Source: an uncultured delta proteobacterium (GTDB lineage: Bacteria; Myxococcota_A; Polyangia; Palsa-1104). Taken from it: 64,000 nucleotides of DNA. Positions within the stretch are counted from its first letter, which is position 1, and every line of letters starts with the position of its first letter. Positions 24,644-33,711 of the stretch are shown one piece after another. The position numbers and the translations under genes are program-made. The stretch covers positions 32,001 through 96,000 of the forward strand of contig CAWAWS010000035.1 in the NCBI GenBank assembly GCA_963785725.1. Reading direction: 5' to 3'. Below the pieces are notes generated by a model. It worked only from the letters and a program-made list of their open reading frames with translations. It did no database searches and was not told the origin of the DNA.

Positions 24644-25414
24644 TCAGAAGTAGAGGCGCGCTTCGGCGTCCTGCTCGCGATGGCGACGCTGGCCGCCGAC
24701 GACGAACGCGTCGATGATTCCGTAAGCGGTGACGGCGAGGAGCGCGGTGAAGCAGGTGATGTTGATGCCGCGTGCGCTCGTGTACAGCGCTTCGTGGCCG
24801 GCGAAGGTGTGATCGTGGCCTTCGAAGTGCGTCAGCAAGCTGTAGGTGACGATGGTGCCGCCGAGCAGCGCGAGCTCGAGGCCGCCGAGCACGAAGCCTT
24901 TGACGCGCTGATGATTCTGGAACTGCCCCACCGTCGGCAATAGGTCGAGCCCCCAGTTGTAGCGCGGCACGGTCCGACGATAGACGGCGAGCAGCTCTTC
25001 GCGATGGCGCAGCCGCACTTCGTCGAAGAAGGCGACGGCTTCGGGGCGGACGAGGCGCGGATCGAGGCGCGTTTGCGGCTCTTCGCGCATGAGCAAGAGG
25101 AACGCGCCCTCAGCCGCCGTCTTGCGATCGGTCAGCGTGCAGGCAATGCCGTAGACGCGTAAGGCTTCGATGCGATCGACTTGCAGCGGCAGCTCGCGCG
25201 CGCCGTTCTCGACGATGGGCCGCAGCCGATTGACGACCGCTTCGTAGTCGCCGAAGTCGAAGCGCTCGAGCGCGTCGGCGATGGGCGACTCGGCGTGCGA
25301 CAGCTGCGCCGGCTCGGGCGCGATCGTCACGCCCGGCGGCGGCGCGTCGGCGTGCGCGCTGGTCGTCGCCGCCGTGAGCGCGAACACGATGATGCAGCAG
25401 CGATTAGCGGACAT
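24644..25414 (-). CDS. Hypothetical protein: signal peptide, TPR-like helices, C-terminal TM helices
   Basis: GDYEAVV...AEGAFLLLMREEPQTRLDP; GQFQN motif preceding the TM helices. Confidence 0.7.
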   Translation of the reverse strand: MSANRCCIIVFALTAATTSAHADAPPPGVTIAPEPAQLSHAESPIADALERFDFGDYEAVVNRLRPIVENGARELPLQVDRIEALRVYGIACTLTDRKTAAEGAFLLLMREEPQTRLDPRLVRPEAVAFFDEVRLRHREELLAVYRRTVPRYNWGLDLLPTVGQFQNHQRVKGFVLGGLELALLGGTIVTYSLLTHFEGHDHTFAGHEALYTSARGINITCFTALLAVTAYGIIDAFVVGGQRRHREQDAEARLYF

Positions 25415-26658
25415 CGGACAGCGCTCCCACGAGCTCGGGCACGAGCGCTTCCAGCTCCGCCGTCACCGCCGCGTAGAGCGGATCGCCAGTGCGGCGGATG
25501 GCTTGGTTCGGCTGCGCTTCGACGATGCGGCGCATGACCGGGCGACCGTCGCGAACGACGATGACCTCGAGGCGGCAGCGCACCGACGGGCCGGGCATGT
25601 AGTCGACGTTGTCGAGGCGCGCCATGACGACGGCGCGGGCGCCGGCGCGGTAGCCTTCGTCGGCGGCGACGGCGGCCGACGTGATGCCGACGCCCGTCGG
25701 CACGACCGTCAGCCGCAGGCGGCGCTGCAGGAACGCGAACAGCGCTTGCGTCGCCATCGCGCCCGAGCCGGGATAGGCCGACTGCGGATCGGCGACGGCG
25801 TGCGCGACGACGCGACCGCGCACGAAGCCGGCGAAATAGGGCGAGGGCGCGGCCGCACGCGCGGGAACGGCGGCCGCACGCGCGGGAACGGCGGCCGGCG
25901 CCGGCGTGTCGACGCGCGGCGGCGCCCAATCGGGCTCGCGAATCTCGCTGCGCGGCGCCTCGGCAGCGCGCGCCGCTTCCGGCTTGGCCGCTTCGGCGAC
26001 GGCGACCTTGGCTTCGGTCGGCGCCTCCGTCGGCGCCTTGGTCGGCGCTTTGGTCTCGAGGCGCGCGGCTTCCGGCTTGGCTTCCGCTTTCCCGTCGACC
26101 TTGGCGTCTTTGGTGTCCTTTGTGTCTTTCGCGTCTTTCGATTCTTTGGATTCGGGCGTCGCAGCGGCCACCGCCGGCGGAACGATGTGCGGCTGTGACG
26201 GCGGCGGCGCGGCGACGACGCGGCTCGCCGACGACGGCGACGACGGCGGCACCGCGGCGGCGCGACGCGCGGCATCGTGGGCGCGCTTTTCGGCCGCGCT
26301 CTGCGCCGCCGGATCGTTCTCGAGGAGGAGCGGCGCGATTCTGATTCGCCAGCTGCGTCGCCACGGCGTCCATCGCTTCCAGCGGGCCCTCGGCGGTCAG
26401 CGTTCGGCCGCGCAGGGTCGCCGCCAGTCGCACGCGGTCGCGCGCCAAAAGCTCGACGCGACCGGTGATCGTGGCCTCGGCGCCGGCACCGGTCTCGACG
26501 CCGGCGCCTTCGAGCGCGGCGGCGACGGCGCGTGCGACCTCGGGCCCGAAGTAGCCGAGCGACTCGTCATGCACGCTGAAGGGGGCGACCTGCACGCGCG
26601 GCCGCGCCCACACCGTCGCCGAGCCGGCCAAGACGAGCGTGACGACGAGCGCGCGCAC
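25404..26658 (-). CDS. Hypothetical exported protein with low-complexity linker, frameshifted near 26250-26345
   Basis: The signal-like VRALVVTLVLAGSATVWA segment in one frame joins ORF 25404-26252; start uncertain. Confidence 0.55.
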
Positions 26659-26714
26659 CAGCAGATTTGGGCGCGCAAACCGCCACGAGTCAAGGCCGAG
26701 CCCGCGTGCTCGCC

Positions 26715-26791
26715 CATCGGCGCATCGAACGGCGAGCCCGCGCGCATCGGCGCATTGAACGGGCGTCACTCGGGGCTGGCACACACATTGG
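26715..26791 (+). promoter_or_regulatory. Candidate sigma54 promoter with upstream 18-bp direct repeats
   Basis: TGGCAC-N5-TTGG at 26777-26791; catcggcgcat(c/t)gaacgg at 26715 and 26745. Confidence 0.5.
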
Positions 26792-26817
26792 AGTGTCGAA
26801 CAGCGGAGGCACAGCTC

Positions 26818-27408
26818 ATGCGCGTGACGATGGTTGCGTTGACGGCCTGCTCGCTGCTCGGCCTGTTCGCGGCGCCGGCTCATGCGGGGATTCCTCTCGG
26901 CGGTTTGGAGCGCGACGCGCCGCCGCCTCCGGTCGAGCTGGCGCAGGCTTCGGTGACGAGCCCGGGTGTCGGCGTTCCGACCAGCATCACGCCGGGAACG
27001 ACGGCGCCAAACATCGCGTCCGGCTCGACGGCGGTCGGGGTGACGACGCCGAGCACGTCGCTCGCCTCGCCCGCGCCCACCGCCGCCGGCGCGCCGCTGA
27101 CGGCGGGCGCGATCAACGAGGCGAACGCCGGACAGCAGGCGTTGCCGTCGAGCGCGCTGCCGGAGACGACCGAGCCGGTGCCGCCGACGCCGAGCAGCAT
27201 CGCGCCGCAGCCGGTGCCGGTCTCGGGCGGCATCACGCCGCAGTCGTCGGCGCCGACGGTGGGCGGGCTGTTCAATCAGTTCAACGGGCTGGCGCCGGAT
27301 CAGAACAACCCCGGCAACTTCAACCCTGCGCCGACCTATCAGCCGCCGGCGACGCCGAGCCCCCACGTCGACACCAATCCCGACGTGCCCGGCTGGGACC
27401 ATCCGTGA
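26818..27408 (+). CDS. Secreted Pro/Thr/Ser-rich low-complexity protein
   Basis: GGAGG RBS; signal peptide MRVTMVALTACSLLGLFAAPAHA. Confidence 0.7.
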   Translation: MRVTMVALTACSLLGLFAAPAHAGIPLGGLERDAPPPPVELAQASVTSPGVGVPTSITPGTTAPNIASGSTAVGVTTPSTSLASPAPTAAGAPLTAGAINEANAGQQALPSSALPETTEPVPPTPSSIAPQPVPVSGGITPQSSAPTVGGLFNQFNGLAPDQNNPGNFNPAPTYQPPATPSPHVDTNPDVPGWDHP

Positions 27409-27418
27409 GCGCGCCACG

Positions 27419-29186
27419 TCAGTTGGCTCCGCCGTCCACGATCGTCCCGCCGTCGGCGGCGACGCGCTGGCCGGGATCGGGGAGATACAGCTTGTAGTTG
27501 CCGCTCGAGTCGCTGACGGCGGTCTTGAGGATGGTCGGCGTGGCGCAATCCCAGCACATCGCCTCCACCAGCGTCGCCGGGACGGGCGCGTTGTTCGATG
27601 CATAGACGACGCCCGCGATCTGCAAGCCGGGGCCGAGCGTGATGTCGGCGTTGCTCACGCCGGCGGCGACGAACACCGTGGCGTCGCTGAGCTTGGCGGC
27701 GGCGAGCGGCTCGACGCGCACGCTCGAGGCGGTGCCGGCGCCGACGTTGATCGTGTAGACGCCTTGGCCGTCGGTGGTCGCGGCCGGCGCGGCGCCGAGG
27801 CCGGACAGCGCCGTCGCCGTGACGCGGGCACCGACCACGGGCTGGCCGGCCAGATCCGTGACTGTGCCCGACAGCGCAACGGGCGGCTTCAGCGTCAAGC
27901 TCCAGGTGCCGGGCGCGGTCGTCTGAAAGGTCGTCAGCCCGTCAGTCGAGCCGGCCGGCGGCTCGACGGTCACGACGTACGCGCCGGCGGGCAGCTGCAG
28001 CGCCGGCAAGGCCGCGAGCGCGTCGCTGATGACGACGGTGCTGACGCGACCGCTGGCGACGAGCGTGCTGCCGCCGATGGTGACGTTGGCGGCCTGCGCG
28101 ATGGCGTCGGCCGATTCGATGGTGACGCGGGCGCCGGCGACCGCGCCGCCGCTGCTGCCGACGACCGTGCCGCTGACGGCGACGCGCGGAACGCTGTAAG
28201 CGATGGCGATGCTGAGACCGGCGCTGGGAACGGTGACGTTGTCGAGGGTCAACGTGGGCCAGCCGTCGCTGGAGACGCCGAGCTGATACGGCGTCGCCAG
28301 CGCCTCGGCGCGCAAGCTGAAGCTGCCGTCGCTGGCGCTCTGGCCGAGGCCGCTCGGCAAGAGCCCGGCGCGCAAGACGACGCCGGCGCCGGCGATGGGG
28401 TTCGTGCCGTCGCTGACGCTGCCAGCTGATGGGCGCGCCGGCGGTGACGACGAAGCCCGCCATCGTCAAGTCGTAGCCGGGGCTTTCGTCGCCGAGATGC
28501 GGCGCCAGCGTCGGTGAATCGGGGATGAGCAGCGGCCGATAGAGATCGCTGGCGCTGACCGAGAGCGAGAAGATGCCGTTGCCGCCGGCGCGCGTATCGG
28601 CGTCGGGGACCTGCGTGCCGACGAAGCGGACTTCGCCCGACGTGGCGCCGAGCGGGCCGGTCAAGATGCCGCTCACCACCAGGCCGTCGACGAGGTCGAG
28701 CGAACGGTTGGCCAGCGGCGTGCCGCCGGTCAGAATCTCCATCGTGTCGGTGGGCGCGCTCTTGCCGCCCGACGGCGGCAGCGCGCGCAAGCGGTAGACC
28801 GCGGTGGCGCCCAGCGGATCGGTCACGTCGACCGACTGAAAGCTGGTGCACGCGCCGTTGGCGAACGTGAGCGTGAACGTGTACGTGCCGGGGCTGGTGG
28901 CGAGGACGGTGGCGATGCGGCCGGTCGCATCGACGGTCGCGGTCGGCGCCGCGCCGCCGGCCAGCGCCACCGTCCACTGCGGGTCGGGGAACGTCGCGAC
29001 CGTCGAGGCGGTCAGCGTCGCCGGCGGAAACGGCGACGACTGCACGAGCAACACCGGGCAGCCCGGCGGCGGGATCGAGGCCAGATCGCTGCCGCCGAAG
29101 CCGAAGTCGAACGGCGGCGCGGTATCGTCATCGCCGGCACAGCCCGCGACCGCGAGCAGGAAGATCAGCGCAGCTCGAGCGACCAT
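27419..29186 (-). CDS. Lipoprotein with repeated carboxypeptidase-regulatory-like (beta-sandwich) domains, frameshift near 28425
   Basis: Lipobox VAGC; repeated SGTV.D..G.PV.GARVT motifs across ORFs 27942-29195 and 27419-28375. Confidence 0.75.
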
Positions 29187-30364
29187 GTCATCCACCGCAA
29201 GCAGCTATTGGGTTGTTGAGGCTCTTCCACGAGACACGAGGCCTCGAGGCATTGGTCGGTGTCGATGCTGCAGTTGGCGCGCGTGCCGGTGCGATCGACG
29301 ACCTCGACGCGCACCTGCACCGTCTCGCCGACGTCGAAGCCGCTGGTGTCGAGCGTGTAGGTCGGATCGTCGAGATCGACGGCGCGCCAGGTCGGATCGC
29401 TGGTGCGCCAGACGCTCCACACGAAGGTCAGCAGCGGGCTCGGGTAGGGGTCGAGATCGTCGATGACGCCGGTGATGGTGAACGTCTGCGGCACCGTGCG
29501 ATCGACGACGCGCAGGCCGGCGCCGGGGATCGTGCCCGCGATGCACGGCGGCTGATCGCTGATGACGGCGACGCCGGTCTGCTTCCCCGACACGACCGGC
29601 GGGTTGACGCCGTCGCTGACGCTGACGTCGAGCGCGTAATAGCCCGCCGTGTCGCTGGCAACGGCTGGATCGGTGTACAGGCAGATCTGCTCGGAGTCGG
29701 GGAGCGTGAGCGTCGGACCGGCGCCGGCGGGCGCGCCGGGACAGCCGCCGGCGACGAGCGGCCCGAGCAGCGGCTGCGCGCCGACCGGCGCCGTGACGAC
29801 GGCCCAGGTGTAGGTGAGCGTCTCGTCGACGAGGTGGCAGGTGGCATTCGCGGGCGGGATCGGATCGGCGTCGGCGTCGCTGGCTTTGCCGGCGAGCTGC
29901 ACGACGATCGGCTGTCCGGCCGTGTACGCGTTGCAGGCGTTCGGCAGCGAGTCGGCCTGCGGTCGCGCGCCCAGCGTAAAGACGGGCGCCGCGTCGACCA
30001 CGTCGATCGGCGTCGTCGTCGTCGCCACGGCGCCGAGCTCGTCGCTGCTCGTCGCCTCCACGAAATAGTGGCCGGGCGTGTAGATGAACAGCTGCGCGCC
30101 GGACATCGCTTGCACGACCGTGCCGGTGCAGTCGTCCTCGACCGGCTGCTGGTTGGCGTCCAGCAGTCGAATCTTCATCAGCTGACGCACCACATCGGCG
30201 TCATCTTGGTCATCCTCGACGATCACGTTGGCGCTGATGAGCTGGCCGCGATAACCCACCGTCGGCGACAGCTCGATCGTCATGCCGGGCGGGTCGTTGC
30301 GAGTGCCCGTGTACAGGCAGCCGCAGACGACGGCGAGCGGCAGGAGCGCCAGCAGGCGGAGCAT
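29165..30364 (-). CDS. Cys-containing lipoprotein with PKD/Ig-like domains
   Basis: MLRLLALLPLAVVCGC lipobox; ASDADAD...LTYTW, DVSVSDG, LTFVWSV. Confidence 0.7.
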   Translation of the reverse strand: MLRLLALLPLAVVCGCLYTGTRNDPPGMTIELSPTVGYRGQLISANVIVEDDQDDADVVRQLMKIRLLDANQQPVEDDCTGTVVQAMSGAQLFIYTPGHYFVEATSSDELGAVATTTTPIDVVDAAPVFTLGARPQADSLPNACNAYTAGQPIVVQLAGKASDADADPIPPANATCHLVDETLTYTWAVVTAPVGAQPLLGPLVAGGCPGAPAGAGPTLTLPDSEQICLYTDPAVASDTAGYYALDVSVSDGVNPPVVSGKQTGVAVISDQPPCIAGTIPGAGLRVVDRTVPQTFTITGVIDDLDPYPSPLLTFVWSVWRTSDPTWRAVDLDDPTYTLDTSGFDVGETVQVRVEVVDRTGTRANCSIDTDQCLEASCLVEEPQQPNSCLRWMTWSLELR

Positions 30365-30446
30365 CTTCGCCCGCTCCAGCAAGACGTGCGCCACGCCCAG
30401 GCTCAGGCGGGACATGGAGCACACACGCCAAATCGCGACATCGCTG

Positions 30447-32294
30447 TCACGGTCGTTCGCAAGCGGGCTGCGGCTCATCGACCAGGCGGCAGCCTTCGGG
30501 CGGCACGTCGACGTAGCGGGTCGCCAGCGCCTGACCGGCGCGGAAGAACGTGAGGCGACGGCGGCCGGGCGCGATCTCACGCCCGCCGGTCATGGGCGGG
30601 CCCTCGTCGACGGCGACGGCGTCGGCGTGCGTCAGCGACGGCGTCAAGCGCACCGGGCGGTACAGACGCTGCTTGAGATCGCGCGTCTCGCCCGCGGCCA
30701 AGTCGACGTCGGTGACGAGGCTGTTGTGCCCGGCGGCCGGGTTGACGCATTCGACGTGATGATGGCCCGCCGGCAACGACAGCGTCTGCGGCGTGCGACC
30801 GCGGGCGCTGCCGTCGACGCGCAGGTCGCACCACGGCGCCGTCTCCACTGTCAGCTTCGCCGCCGCATCGACGACCGCCGGATGCGTCGGTTCCGGCTCG
30901 GGCGCAGCTGTGACCTCGGGAGCCGCGGGCGGCGGCGTTTGTGGACTATCCGGCAACAGCTTGCGGTGGCGCGCGTCGACGCGCGGACGCGCATTGGCCG
31001 CGGCTGGACGCGCCGGCGCCGGCAACGGCGCCGCCGATTCGCCCGTCGGCGGCGGCGCGATGGCGACGATCGGCAGCGCGCGCCCGACCGCGGTGTCGGC
31101 GAGCGGCGATGGACCGATCGCGCTCGGTTGCGCCGGCCGCAAAGCGCGCATGCGCGCTTGAAATACCGCATAACCGGCGGCGGAGCTGGCGGCGGCCACG
31201 AGCGCGGCGACCACGACGAGCCGGCGGCGCGGCCGCGGTCGCGCCGAAACCGCCAGCGCCAGCGCGCCTTCGTCGTCGGGACGCCAAGCCAAGATGCGAT
31301 TGGCCGCCGCCAGCGCGCGCGCCGTCTCGCCCGCCGCGCGCGCGCGTTCGGCCTGCGTCCGCGCCGCCGCGACGATGCGCTCCTCGGCCGCGCGGTTGTA
31401 GCTGGCCGGATCGCGTAAATACGCGGTCAGCTCGGCGTCGACGTCGCCGAATCCGTCGGCGACGAGCCCTTCGCGCAGCGCGTTGGCGCAGGCGTCGGCC
31501 GAGGCGAAGCGCTCCTCGGGCGCCGCCTTCAGACAGCGCTCGATGACGCGCTCGACATAGGGCGGCACGCGCGGATTCTTCGCCGAGGGCGGCAGGTGAT
31601 CGCCGCGGACGATGCGCGCCATCGTCGCCAGCGGCGACGTGCCGACGAACGGCAGCGCGCCCGTCGTCAGCTGATAGAGGAGCGAGCCCAGCGAAAACTG
31701 ATCGGAGCGCACGTCGATCTCCGACGACGACGCCTGCTCGGGCGACATATAAGCGGGCGAGCCGAGCACGGCGCCCGTCGCCGTCATCGAGTCGGTCTCG
31801 AGCACGCGGGCGATGCCGAAGTCGCACAAGACGACGCGCTCGCGATCGAACATGACGTTCTCGGGCTTGACGTCGCGGTGGATGATGCCGCGCGCGTGCG
31901 CCGCCGCCAGCGCTTGCGCCACGCGCAGCCCGAGCATGGCCGCGATCTCCGCCAGCGGCGCGCCGTGCTCGACCAAGAAGCGCTGCAGCGACGGGCCGGT
32001 CAAGAGCTCCATGACCAGGTAGGCCGGGCTGTCTTCCGTCGCCGGCGCGTAGTCGTGCAGCTTGAGGACGTTGGGATGGCTCAAGCCGGCGACGGCGCGC
32101 GCCTCGCGCTCGAAGCGGCCGCCCGCCTCCGACTTGGCGGCGATGAACGGGTGCATGACCTTCAGCGCGACCTGACGGCCGAGCGTCGGATCGTCGGCGC
32201 GATAGACCGTCGCCATGCCGCCCTGCCCCAGCTTCTCGACGAGCCGATAGCGCCCCAGCATGGTGCCGGCCAGGGAGACGACGCTCGCGCTCAT
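30447..32294 (-). CDS. Membrane Ser/Thr kinase with PEGA-like domain
   Basis: GQGGMATVY, HRDVKPEN, DFGIAR, GSPAYMSPEQ; APWCDLRVDG. Confidence 0.95.
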   Translation of the reverse strand: MSASVVSLAGTMLGRYRLVEKLGQGGMATVYRADDPTLGRQVALKVMHPFIAAKSEAGGRFEREARAVAGLSHPNVLKLHDYAPATEDSPAYLVMELLTGPSLQRFLVEHGAPLAEIAAMLGLRVAQALAAAHARGIIHRDVKPENVMFDRERVVLCDFGIARVLETDSMTATGAVLGSPAYMSPEQASSSEIDVRSDQFSLGSLLYQLTTGALPFVGTSPLATMARIVRGDHLPPSAKNPRVPPYVERVIERCLKAAPEERFASADACANALREGLVADGFGDVDAELTAYLRDPASYNRAAEERIVAAARTQAERARAAGETARALAAANRILAWRPDDEGALALAVSARPRPRRRLVVVAALVAAASSAAGYAVFQARMRALRPAQPSAIGPSPLADTAVGRALPIVAIAPPPTGESAAPLPAPARPAAANARPRVDARHRKLLPDSPQTPPPAAPEVTAAPEPEPTHPAVVDAAAKLTVETAPWCDLRVDGSARGRTPQTLSLPAGHHHVECVNPAAGHNSLVTDVDLAAGETRDLKQRLYRPVRLTPSLTHADAVAVDEGPPMTGGREIAPGRRRLTFFRAGQALATRYVDVPPEGCRLVDEPQPACERP

Positions 32295-32370
32295 CTCCGT
32301 GCGTTGGCTGCGTTGGGTGCGTCGGGCGCTGTTCTCAGCAACGGCACGCTGGGCATGCTACCAGATGGAC

Positions 32371-33654
32371 ATGCAGTTTGCGCGACACAAGGAGCGGCTG
32401 GAGAACGGCTTGACCGTGGTCACAGTCGAGCTGCCCCATCTACATTCGGTCTCGATCGTGATGTACGCCCGCGTCGGCTCGCGTTACGAAGCGCCCGCCG
32501 ACAACGGGCTTTCACATTTTCTCGAGCACATGCTGTTTCGCGGCACGGAGAAGCTGCCCGACGCTTACGCGCTCAACCACGCGATCGAAAACCTGGGCGG
32601 CACGCTCTACGCCGAGACCGGACGCGACTATTCGCTGTACCAAATTTCGCTGCATCCCGAGATGTTCTCGGAAGGGCTGGCGCTGTTCGCCGAGATCTTC
32701 CGCGCGCCGGCGTTCGCCGACGTCGACGTCGAGCGCCGCATCGTCCTCGAGGAGATGCTCGAGGATCACGACGACGACGGCCGCCTCGTCAACATCGACG
32801 ACCTGGCGCGGCTCGCCGTCTGGCCCGACCATCCGCTCGGCTATCGCATCACCGGGCCCTACGAAACGGTCGAGCACTTCACGCAAGCCGACGTGCGGCG
32901 TCACTTCGCGAAGTTCTACGGCGCGCGCAACATGGTGCTGGCGGTGTCGGGCGCCGTCGAGCACGCCCAGATTCGCGCCCAAGTGGCGGCGGCGATGGGC
33001 ACGCTCGTGCCGGGCGAGCCGCTCGAGTTCACGCCGCCGCCCGAGTCGCAGACGGCGCCGCGCTTTCTCTACGTGCGCCGCGAAGGCAGCCAGACCAACG
33101 TGCAGATCTTGTGGCGCGCCTTCGCCGAGACCGATCCCGACTTTCCGGCGCTCATCGCGCTCGGCCGCATCGTCGACGACGGCATGTCGACGCGGCTGCA
33201 CACGCGCATCGTCGACGAGCTGGGCCTGGCCTATTACGTCTCGGCGTCGCTCGAGCCCTTCGTCGACACCGGGCTCTACGAGATCGACGGCAACTGCGCG
33301 CACGAATCGGCGGCGGCGCTGGTGTGCGAGTCGCTCGGCGTTTTGCACCGCCTGCGCGAGGAGCCGCCGACCGCCGCCGAGCTCGACAAGGCGCAGCGTC
33401 GTTATCGTTGGGATCTGGAGTCGACGTTCGACGATCCGGACGCCATGGCCGGCTGGCAGGCGGGCACCGAGCTGTTCTTCGGCCCGATGTCCATCGAGGA
33501 CAAGGTCAAGCGTGTGCGCGCGGTCACGCCGGCCGACGTGCAGCGCGTCGCGCAGCGGCTGTGCCGGCGCGAGCGGCTCACCGTCGCCTGCGTCGGCCAG
33601 CTGACGAAGAAGCAGGAGCGCGAGATCAAGACGATCGTCGAAGAGCAGCAGTAG
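32371..33654 (+). CDS. M16 (pitrilysin-family) zinc peptidase
   Basis: GSRYE...NGLSHFLEHMLFRGT inverted HxxEH; RLHTRIVDELGLAY. Confidence 0.95.
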   Translation: MQFARHKERLENGLTVVTVELPHLHSVSIVMYARVGSRYEAPADNGLSHFLEHMLFRGTEKLPDAYALNHAIENLGGTLYAETGRDYSLYQISLHPEMFSEGLALFAEIFRAPAFADVDVERRIVLEEMLEDHDDDGRLVNIDDLARLAVWPDHPLGYRITGPYETVEHFTQADVRRHFAKFYGARNMVLAVSGAVEHAQIRAQVAAAMGTLVPGEPLEFTPPPESQTAPRFLYVRREGSQTNVQILWRAFAETDPDFPALIALGRIVDDGMSTRLHTRIVDELGLAYYVSASLEPFVDTGLYEIDGNCAHESAAALVCESLGVLHRLREEPPTAAELDKAQRRYRWDLESTFDDPDAMAGWQAGTELFFGPMSIEDKVKRVRAVTPADVQRVAQRLCRRERLTVACVGQLTKKQEREIKTIVEEQQ

Positions 33655-33711
33655 CCGGCTGACGTCGCTGCCCAGGCGCGTGACGACCGGCGGGATGCTA
33701 TGATGGCGGGG

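Noticed and set aside
25845..26150. Short coding repeats (AAVPARA x2; KDAKDTKDTKDAK)
   Set aside because: Ordinary low-complexity linker expansion.
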